From positions 1 to 33,372 of the IMG/VR virus record IMGVR_UViG_3300020045_014929: a stretch of DNA of 33,372 bases. One strand, written 5' to 3'. The stretch comes from a virus. Its lineage: Duplodnaviria > Caudoviricetes. The position numbers and the translations under genes were made by a program. Position 1 is the first letter of the stretch. Each line of letters starts with the position of its first letter. Below the pieces are notes generated by a model. The model had not been told where the DNA came from. It did not search any database and was given only the letters and a program-made list of their open reading frames with translations. This document shows positions 16,144-24,080 of the stretch, piece by piece.

Positions 16144-18112
16144 ATTTAATTGGTTTTGTTTCTACGACTGGAGTTGTTCCAAAGAGAGGATTTGGAGTGA
16201 ATGGTTTGCCAGCTTGTGTCGGACCCTGAAAGATTGTCTTAGGCGCCGGCAACTGCAAGCGCATAAGGCGAGCTGTTTCTTGATCGCCGACATAACCCTG
16301 AAACGCTTTGAATATTTCTGGTTGAGATTTCTCAATACTGCGAAGATAATATCCTTTCATTGGGTTTGGAAGTCGTTCGAATGAATCAAAGAGCACACCA
16401 CCCAAGTGATATCCGGCGACTCCTCCGAGTCCTCCTCCGACACTTGCTCCTACTTTTGCTCCAAGAATTTTACCAGCGAAGTCGATTGAATTTGAAACAA
16501 AATTCGTAGGAACTTTTTTAGTATTAAGTGATTCAAGATAATCAGCGAGCTCAAATTTTTTCTGTAATTCTTTGTTGAATGATCTGATGTCTAGCTCGGC
16601 AGGAGCGGTATCTTCAAGAAGTTTCCTAAACACATCACTTTCGTATCGGCTCTGAGTTGCGTTTAGAGTTTCAGAAGCACCCACTCCAAATTTATATTTA
16701 CCATTATTGCCCTTAGCAATTTTTGTATCATGGAGATCAGTGAGAGTATAGCCATTTGGATGAGCACGAGCTTCCGCAGATGTGTTGCTGTATTCTTTTT
16801 TAATATTATTTTTCATCACTTCACGCTCTGTTGAAGTGATTTGGCTTGGAGGAATGCTGTCAATTTTTGCAAGGAGACTATCACGAACTTGACTGAGAGG
16901 AACTTTTTGCACGCCCGGTTCAGCCGCAGCCAAAGCTGGCCTCAAAAGATCGTGAGATGTTTTCATTGCATCTTGTCTGAGCATATCGCTAGTCTCAAGA
17001 GTATCGTAAGTTTTTCCATTGATCAGTGAATCGTGAGTGATGCCATTATCAACTGCCACCTTTCCAAGATCAGTGCCTTCATCTGTGCCCTTCTGATAAA
17101 TTTCAGTAGCTTTTTTGTAAGAAGCCTTGTTCTCTTTAGTAGGACGAGCAAAATTCTCTTCATCGATTTTTCTAAATCGGGCTTGAAGATTTTCTTTAGA
17201 AAGACCGGGGTATTGTTTAGTGATAACTTCTCCAGCTTTTTCTCTTGCGCCAGTGAATAATTTGCCGACACCTTCATCAATGGCGTTGGCTCCTTTTTCA
17301 AATCCTCCTACAACGGCCTTAGCCCCAGCCGGAAGAATCTCGTGCTGTGCCGCGAATTTTACAATAGCATCTGCTCCACCTTCAGCCACGCGTTTGAGAG
17401 TATCAGGTGTAATGGTGCCTATTACGCGTCCAGCGGCATTAAAGAGGGGCTTTCCTACAAGGTCGAGCACTTTACCAGCTCCCGCACCAAGAACAGTGTT
17501 GAAGGCCGTTTCTACGCTAAAGATATCATTCCCTTGCTCAACTGAACTGCCAGCGCCAAAGAGGGCGCCACCAGAAACAGGGCCAAGACCAAGAGCAACA
17601 GTTTGAGCACCGCGACCCACATCTTTTTTGACATCAGAGAAATTCTCAGGGACCGGAGCAATGACTCCGCCCGAGAATGGCCTGCGATCAAGTGTTGGTT
17701 GAATGGCATTTGTTTTATCAATAATAGACTTATTATTGGCAATGATTTGTTTGGAGATATTCGAAGTGTCTCCGCCGGCCGCCTTCACTTTCCTGAATTC
17801 AGTGAGAAGAAGATCATTCTGTTTTGTCACATCGCCAAGATCAGCAGTGAACGCATCAATCTTTGGTTTGTCTTGAAGATATTGTACGCCTCCCTGCACC
17901 GCTTGGAAAGGACGAGCTACGATTGTAGCAGGGGCAGTGATCAATCCTTTTGCAAGTTCTTTTGTGGCGTGGAAAAACCCACCTTTTTTCTCAGGAGTTT
18001 CTGGAGTAGTAGGAGCAATCGGAGCGCTTCCAAACGCTATCGTCTTTTTTGCCGGAGCCGCGATAGGCGTACTACCGAATGCTATTGTTTTTGGTTTAGT
18101 TGTTGGTTCCAT
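16142..18112 (-). CDS. Putative DNA ejection / internal virion protein
   Basis: 656 aa, helical, Gly/Ala-rich hydrophobic patches (GAKVGASVGGGLGGVAG); last gene of the structural arm as in P22/T7-like phages. Confidence 0.65.
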   Translation of the reverse strand: MEPTTKPKTIAFGSTPIAAPAKKTIAFGSAPIAPTTPETPEKKGGFFHATKELAKGLITAPATIVARPFQAVQGGVQYLQDKPKIDAFTADLGDVTKQNDLLLTEFRKVKAAGGDTSNISKQIIANNKSIIDKTNAIQPTLDRRPFSGGVIAPVPENFSDVKKDVGRGAQTVALGLGPVSGGALFGAGSSVEQGNDIFSVETAFNTVLGAGAGKVLDLVGKPLFNAAGRVIGTITPDTLKRVAEGGADAIVKFAAQHEILPAGAKAVVGGFEKGANAIDEGVGKLFTGAREKAGEVITKQYPGLSKENLQARFRKIDEENFARPTKENKASYKKATEIYQKGTDEGTDLGKVAVDNGITHDSLINGKTYDTLETSDMLRQDAMKTSHDLLRPALAAAEPGVQKVPLSQVRDSLLAKIDSIPPSQITSTEREVMKNNIKKEYSNTSAEARAHPNGYTLTDLHDTKIAKGNNGKYKFGVGASETLNATQSRYESDVFRKLLEDTAPAELDIRSFNKELQKKFELADYLESLNTKKVPTNFVSNSIDFAGKILGAKVGASVGGGLGGVAGYHLGGVLFDSFERLPNPMKGYYLRSIEKSQPEIFKAFQGYVGDQETARLMRLQLPAPKTIFQGPTQAGKPFTPNPLFGTTPVVETKPIK

Positions 18113-18113
18113 A

Positions 18114-19550
18114 TTAATTTTCTACCCACTGTGTTCCATCAGAATGGTAGCCCGGAAATCCGTAAGAAGCTCCGTCAGTCCCCGCAGGAACAGGACCGCT
18201 AGTGTCTCCGCCTCCGCTGATCGTGTCTGGATTTTCATAACCAGTGACATAATCATTGAAAGGTTCTTCAAGCCCGAAGATCGCAGCTTGAGACTTAAAT
18301 TGTTTCTGCCTTCTCTGAGAAGTTTTGACCCATTCATCCGCTAGTAGATTTGTGGCCGCGGTCAATTCTTTCAAAGCGGCTGGATTCAAGACACGGCCTT
18401 CACTTAGTTTAGCGAGACTGTCTTGGAATTTACCAAGATACGAGTTAGTTCTCTGAGCCAAATCTAGTTCACCCTCACGGACTGCTGAATTTGGATCAAG
18501 ATTTTTGACCAAAGTGTAGAGAGCGATGAGCTGATTCCCCGCTGAGCCCGGATTTGCATCAATAGACTTGGTGAGATTTTTAATCTGAATTGCACTCAAG
18601 CCCTGATTGATTGTGGCATCGTTAGAGTATTTATTTGTGATATTAAGAAGAGTTGTTTGTTGTTTCGGAGTAAGTTCGTAATTTCCATTTCCAACTGCAT
18701 TGCCGATAGATTTCAAAGCGGCATCGTGACGGAATTTAGCATCTTCAAGAGTGAGAGCATTTGCAAGATCTCGGTCACTTTTACTGATATCTCTTTTCGT
18801 CTGAGCTTCCTCAGCATCAGCTTTTTGTTTCAAATCAAGTTTTGCAAATACATCGTTGATCGCAGGGTCATAAACACCAGCGTATGCTTTTTCGATTGCT
18901 GAAAGTTCCGCAGGAGTGTATTGAATGCCGGACTTGGAAGCCACTCCGTAAGGATCAGTTTCGCCCACAGCAATGTCGTTTCTTTCGTTGTTGAGTCCGC
19001 GTCCTCTTTTAGCGAGCTCTTCAGCATTCATGTTTGGATTATCAATAGCATTTCCAGCGTAAGTTGGAACTGACCCAGCCCCCGCTTGGCTTGCAATCAA
19101 GTCGGCGTATTCTTTTGGAGAATATGGCTGGCCAGTTTTAGGATTTATGTATTTGCTGTAATTGAGAGGTTGGGGTGCCACTGGAGCTGGAGAGCCACCG
19201 CCAGCAGGAGCTCCACCAGAAAATACTCGCCCACCGCCAGAAGCGGGAGGAGTTGTTGGGGCAGGAGGAGTAGCTGCCCCCGGAGCGGCCAAGTCCGCAG
19301 TCTTGTCAGCGTTTTCACCAAAGCGAGAATAGATAGGAGAGTCAGGTGAAACATAGTCAGGAGTTCCGTATGGAGCGCCACCTTGAGTTGGAACGGGACT
19401 GTTATAGGAACCTCCGCCATTTGGAAGATTTTGGGTACGAGAAGAAAAGCCCGGACCGACAGATTTGCCCGGAGGAATAGGAGGCACAGTGAAGGCGTTG
19501 CCTATTGTTTTGAAAAAATCTTTTAATGACATTGGTTGTGTGACTGGCAT
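18114..19550 (-). CDS. Putative DNA ejection / internal virion protein
   Basis: Pro/Gly-rich N-terminus, coiled coil, KNLDPNSAVREGE motif seen in podovirus-type ejection proteins. Confidence 0.65.
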   Translation of the reverse strand: MPVTQPMSLKDFFKTIGNAFTVPPIPPGKSVGPGFSSRTQNLPNGGGSYNSPVPTQGGAPYGTPDYVSPDSPIYSRFGENADKTADLAAPGAATPPAPTTPPASGGGRVFSGGAPAGGGSPAPVAPQPLNYSKYINPKTGQPYSPKEYADLIASQAGAGSVPTYAGNAIDNPNMNAEELAKRGRGLNNERNDIAVGETDPYGVASKSGIQYTPAELSAIEKAYAGVYDPAINDVFAKLDLKQKADAEEAQTKRDISKSDRDLANALTLEDAKFRHDAALKSIGNAVGNGNYELTPKQQTTLLNITNKYSNDATINQGLSAIQIKNLTKSIDANPGSAGNQLIALYTLVKNLDPNSAVREGELDLAQRTNSYLGKFQDSLAKLSEGRVLNPAALKELTAATNLLADEWVKTSQRRQKQFKSQAAIFGLEEPFNDYVTGYENPDTISGGGDTSGPVPAGTDGASYGFPGYHSDGTQWVEN

Positions 19551-19554
19551 AAAT

Positions 19555-20637
19555 TTAGAATTGGTTGTTTAGACCAGTGGAAAGCAGTTTGTTTCCCTTA
19601 TTTTTTAATAAATTCGCGGCTCGAACCGATGCCGCTGCTTTGTTGGCATTCACTTTTGTTCCCTGAAAGTCGTAATTGTTCGCGTTGTATACAGTGGAGA
19701 GAGGAGCAGGTCCGATTCCATTTCTTGCAGTATTTGCATTAAAAGTATTTCCACCAAGCTGATAGTATTCTGAAAGTTTAGGAGATTTCACCGCATCTTT
19801 TCCGTAAGCATATTGAACATTTGTCAAAACACTTCCAATCCCAGCCCCGGTTCTTGCTCGGTTTAGTTCTTGATTCCTCGCATAGTCATCTGCGAGTCTT
19901 TTCTCTTTTTCGAATCTTCCACCAGAGAATAACACCCCCTTGTCGGCTGCGTTTTGATCTAAATTATTTTTATCATTTTGGAAATTTTCTTTTGAAGTTG
20001 CCAAGAAATCTCCGTAATTTCGTTTCTTTTCAGCGAGATCAGCTTCATAGCCAGCCATGTCGTAAGATTTTTCAGCATTGAACCCCGGAGCCAAAGCATC
20101 CTTTGCAGTTCTCATCGCTTCTTCTTGCTGAAGTCCTGAGAATGGTTTCCCTTGTGAATCTAAAAGTGAACTGAAGTCGCCAGTTTCGGCAGCATAAGTA
20201 AGAGTATCAGGATCATTATGAGCAAAAGCAGGATGAGCCGCCGCGTGGGCGTTGTAAAACTTATCCAATTCTTCTTGGGTTTTTGGTATGAATTTTTCAT
20301 TGAGTTGGCCGGTTTCGGCGTTAAACATAAAAGAAGGATCGTCCGGTGCCTTCCCGGTTCCCGGAGCGCCTGATGGGTCAGGCGAACCCCCAATAACCAA
20401 TGCTTTTTGTTGTGTAGCTGGACCCCAAACACCATCGCCTTTCAAGTCGTTGTCAAGCTGGTATTGCCTGACTGCCGCTTCCGTCACAGGGCCATAACCT
20501 CCATCGGCTTTCACATCTGAATAACCAAGAGAGATGAGATATTGTTGCAATGCTTTCACTTGATCTCCGAAAGACCCTCGGGAGAGGGTGGAGTTGATAG
20601 CATTAAGTCCTGTGAGTTTTGTGTTTTTTGGGTCCAT
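19555..20637 (-). CDS. Virion (ejection-module) protein with N-terminal peptidoglycan-binding domain
   Basis: LSRGSFGDQVKALQQYL...DGGYGPVTEAAVRQYQ...L.GDGVWGPAT (PG_binding_1), then A..KGVLFSG helical region. Confidence 0.75.
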   Translation of the reverse strand: MDPKNTKLTGLNAINSTLSRGSFGDQVKALQQYLISLGYSDVKADGGYGPVTEAAVRQYQLDNDLKGDGVWGPATQQKALVIGGSPDPSGAPGTGKAPDDPSFMFNAETGQLNEKFIPKTQEELDKFYNAHAAAHPAFAHNDPDTLTYAAETGDFSSLLDSQGKPFSGLQQEEAMRTAKDALAPGFNAEKSYDMAGYEADLAEKKRNYGDFLATSKENFQNDKNNLDQNAADKGVLFSGGRFEKEKRLADDYARNQELNRARTGAGIGSVLTNVQYAYGKDAVKSPKLSEYYQLGGNTFNANTARNGIGPAPLSTVYNANNYDFQGTKVNANKAAASVRAANLLKNKGNKLLSTGLNNQF

Positions 20638-20648
20638 CTTATTTATAA

Positions 20649-20678
20649 ATTATACTATTAAAAAAGTTATTAATGCAA
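20649..20678 (-). promoter_or_regulatory. Sigma70-type promoter for the ejection-protein operon
   Basis: On the - strand TTGCAT (20678-20673), 18 bp, TATAAT (20654-20649), 11 nt upstream of the ATG at 20637. Confidence 0.65.
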
Positions 20679-20685
20679 TTATTAA

Positions 20686-21366
20686 TCATAAAACATCGAC
20701 TGTGCAATCAAAATCACTGTTCCGTGGATTCCCCACAAGATCAAAAGTGTTGACCACAAAGCTGTTTGCTCCCTTGTCTGTGATGTAGGCCAGCGTATAT
20801 ACAGCAAGAGATCCGTTGGTAAATGGCATCACTGAGATATCGTAATTTACAGTGTGAAGATTGTGAGTGATACGATACTCTCCTGTGCCAAGTGTTGATA
20901 TCGTCCAAAGAACCTCGCTCTGACTTTGGAGAACATTCACCCCACTATTGATCAAACTTATTGATTTTGTAGCTTGCATTGAGTAGCCAAGATATGCCCC
21001 ACCAAGACCAGTCAACAAAAACCCAATTCGAAGGCCACCTGCAAGATCCTCGCGATAAGCAATAAGATAGTCAAGTCCTTTTGCTCGAGTAAAATCTAAG
21101 CTACCAAGATTGAAACTACTTAATACAGAATCTAAACTTTGCCCTATTTCGATTCGGTCAGCTTGGTCTGAAGATTTTATTAAGCAAGCAGTGATGACAG
21201 TTCCAGTGATAACCTCACGAGCATCTTTTTTATTTTTATCAGCAGTCTCTCGGGCTCCCGCTTCCTTCGTGCTGTAAACTTGAGAGGACATATACGCAGG
21301 AGTTTCATCAGGAGTGAAATTTCCTTTGTATAAATTCCTATTCATTTTTAGTAATTGAAGTTCCAT
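20686..21366 (-). CDS. Tail-associated structural protein
   Basis: C-terminal GTGEYRITHNL..NY beta domain typical of tail fibre/tip proteins; follows the nozzle module. Confidence 0.6.
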   Translation of the reverse strand: MELQLLKMNRNLYKGNFTPDETPAYMSSQVYSTKEAGARETADKNKKDAREVITGTVITACLIKSSDQADRIEIGQSLDSVLSSFNLGSLDFTRAKGLDYLIAYREDLAGGLRIGFLLTGLGGAYLGYSMQATKSISLINSGVNVLQSQSEVLWTISTLGTGEYRITHNLHTVNYDISVMPFTNGSLAVYTLAYITDKGANSFVVNTFDLVGNPRNSDFDCTVDVL

Positions 21367-24077
21367 TAGTTTTGATCGAAGCCCTTATCCTGCACTGATA
21401 ATATTTCAATACTATGAATCACAATCGGATCACCGGAAGAATATCCTGCAATGCGAATTCTGCCCGCATTGTAGTCCATCGTCTGAGCATTTGGGAAAAG
21501 AGAGTTGGAATTTTGATCAATAGTTCCTAGCGGATCTCCCCAAACATTTGGAGGAGATTTTTGGTCTTGGAAATATACTCTCGCTCCTCCAGCATTTTCA
21601 GTGTAGACATTGAAGCCACTGATGCTTTCTACTTTTGCATAAAGATCCGTGTAGCTCCTCCAGCGATCAATGAAATCAAAGTAAATTGGTCTGTCGTAAT
21701 CAAGGAAACCAGTATCAAGAGTCCCCACTCGAGCTTGGTCGCTTTGAGTAGTGAACATCACATTGTCTCCGTAGCCAGTGCCGGCGATCGTCATCGCGTA
21801 TGCTCGAACATAATACAAAGTCCCCGGAGTCAAGGCAGTAAGTGCTCCGCTATACACTCCGATGGTTCCGGCCACTATCACTTTATCGTCCGCAGTAGTA
21901 GGGCTTGGATTAATGCTCCAAACGAAACCTCTTTCAGTAATAGTTTCTCCGCCATCATCAACCACTTCTCCGTGAGCAGTTGCAGTAGTTTTTGCTATAT
22001 CTGTGACAGGATTTGTGATGACAGTAGCGAGCGGGGCAAAAGAGAAAATCCATCCAGAATTATTTCCGCCGTTCAAGTTTCCATTTGTTCCAAATGCTTC
22101 AAAGGTTGCCCCTCCGACAGCTTGAGAATATGAAATAGTTGAATTGAAAGAACTGACAGTGCCACTTGCAACAGTGATGGTCCAGTTTCCTGTGCCAGTT
22201 CCGCGAATAATTCTTTGAGCTCCAGCGGCCAAAGTGAAAGTGGTTGCTGTTTGGTTGCTTCCATCTTCAAATTCCACAGTAAGCCCATTATCTATTTTCA
22301 AATCATCGTAGGTGTTCGAGCCATTGATTGTGATGGTTCCAGCTCCAGCATTGGCGATCCAGACATCATTGTAGGTCAGACTTCCACCAGTGAAAATTTT
22401 AGCACTCGCAGAATTATTCGTGAGTTTTATGTTCGCAGTATCTTTTGTGAAAGTGATGTTGCTGTTAGAAAGCTCCCACACTGTCGCGATACTAGTGAGA
22501 GTCCAGAGACCAGATCCCATGATTAATTCACGGACATTGCTATTGTTTGAATGGAAGGAGCCGACAGTAATTGTTTTATCATTCGCATCAAAAGTTCCTT
22601 CTTCCAGAGTGACAGCTCCCGTCACAGAGAGAGCATCTTCGATTGTGAGGACTCCGCCTGAAGAATCATAAGTAAATCCTCCAGCAATAGTTTTACCATT
22701 TGAAGTTAGAGAAACGGCCGTGCCAGAAAGAACATCCACGCCAGTGCTACTCCAAGTCATTCCTGATCCCAGAGTGACAACATCTCCAGCAATAGCGATG
22801 CTACCAGTGCCCGCAAGTGTTCCAGTAAAGCCAGTAAAAACTAAATCTTTACAAGCAAGGGAACCAGTTTTGGTGACAGTGACCGCGCCAGAAGCCGCGT
22901 CAAAAGTCACATCATCAAGAGCAGTAGGGACCGGAGCACCTCCGTCTCCCCCAGAACTTAGAGCCCATTTGTCACCGGCGTCTGAATCCCAAGCGTCTGT
23001 TCCCCCTACCCAAAATCTTCCAGCAGGGATTGCTGTAAAAATCCATCCAGTTGTGTTTCCTCCGTCAGTGGAATTTCCTCCAGCGTAAAAGGTTGCACCT
23101 CCAGAGGCATGCACATTCGTGATGCTTAAGTAGTCACAGCCGACAATTCCGCCCGGCACTGAAATAGTTGCCGCGCTTCCACCAGAGTCCTTGTTCATTG
23201 TGATCAAATGACCGGCATTTCCAGAAACATGGAAACCAGAAGTAGAACTTTGAGCGGCGAAAGTGTAGGTATTGGAATTTTTCCACTGAATTGTGTGAGT
23301 GCCAGTTCCGTCATCGATATAATTATTGCATTGGAATCTTGTAGTGTGAGTTATTTTTCCAGTAGAAGAAGCTCTTGAGAACCAAATATCGTAAAAAGTA
23401 TCATCATTCCAAGTGACGACAATATCCGTGTTGCTGGTGTCGATGAATTTAATCGTAGAGGTTCCTTCCGTGATTGTTGGAGGGGAAGCGCCGTCAATAA
23501 AGAATACTGCAACCCCACCAGAACCCACAGTTCCAGTGATGGTCCAAAGCCCGCTTCCCATATTGAGGGCGGTAGTTTTTCCAAGAGATCTTCCGATTGC
23601 AAAAGATAATGTTGTGACATCAAAATTATTTGCCACAAAAGTTCCATCCGTCACAACCAATCCTTGATCCGTTATGAGGTCGTCTTGCAAAGTGAATGTG
23701 GCGGCCGCGCCATTAAGTGTGACGATAGGCAGAGTGAGGCCACCCGAAGTTATTGAGGCCGTGGCAATAATATTTAGCTGAGAATCCGTGTGAGAAAGAA
23801 CCATCCCCGGAACAAATAAAACATCACCCGACACATTGAGCGTATTAGCACTATTTCCCATCGCGAATGTTCCAGTAAATCCTGTGCAGTTCAAGCTCTT
23901 AGCAGAGCGAGAGCCAGAGAGAGTGATAGTTCCGGAGCCAGAGCTTGCATCAAAGAAAACATCATCAGAAGAAGTAGGCACAGCTTGTCCGCCCGCACCT
24001 CCAGCAGTCAAAGCCCACTTTGATCCAGCGGTTCCATTCCATGTATCAGTTCCTCCCACCCAATGTCTTTGTGCCAT
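21366..24077 (-). CDS. Large virion adhesin: two tandem beta-solenoid-like domains, FN3-like domain, C-terminal nozzle-like segment
   Basis: Repeat 1 starts AQRHWVGG (aa 2), repeat 2 starts GRFWVGG (aa 353), both end G.N..GWIF; FN3-like T.LTPGTLYYVRAYA...G..YG...FTT; final ~126 aa differ in composition. Confidence 0.8.
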   Translation of the reverse strand: MAQRHWVGGTDTWNGTAGSKWALTAGGAGGQAVPTSSDDVFFDASSGSGTITLSGSRSAKSLNCTGFTGTFAMGNSANTLNVSGDVLFVPGMVLSHTDSQLNIIATASITSGGLTLPIVTLNGAAATFTLQDDLITDQGLVVTDGTFVANNFDVTTLSFAIGRSLGKTTALNMGSGLWTITGTVGSGGVAVFFIDGASPPTITEGTSTIKFIDTSNTDIVVTWNDDTFYDIWFSRASSTGKITHTTRFQCNNYIDDGTGTHTIQWKNSNTYTFAAQSSTSGFHVSGNAGHLITMNKDSGGSAATISVPGGIVGCDYLSITNVHASGGATFYAGGNSTDGGNTTGWIFTAIPAGRFWVGGTDAWDSDAGDKWALSSGGDGGAPVPTALDDVTFDAASGAVTVTKTGSLACKDLVFTGFTGTLAGTGSIAIAGDVVTLGSGMTWSSTGVDVLSGTAVSLTSNGKTIAGGFTYDSSGGVLTIEDALSVTGAVTLEEGTFDANDKTITVGSFHSNNSNVRELIMGSGLWTLTSIATVWELSNSNITFTKDTANIKLTNNSASAKIFTGGSLTYNDVWIANAGAGTITINGSNTYDDLKIDNGLTVEFEDGSNQTATTFTLAAGAQRIIRGTGTGNWTITVASGTVSSFNSTISYSQAVGGATFEAFGTNGNLNGGNNSGWIFSFAPLATVITNPVTDIAKTTATAHGEVVDDGGETITERGFVWSINPSPTTADDKVIVAGTIGVYSGALTALTPGTLYYVRAYAMTIAGTGYGDNVMFTTQSDQARVGTLDTGFLDYDRPIYFDFIDRWRSYTDLYAKVESISGFNVYTENAGGARVYFQDQKSPPNVWGDPLGTIDQNSNSLFPNAQTMDYNAGRIRIAGYSSGDPIVIHSIEILSVQDKGFDQN

Positions 24078-24080
24078 AAA

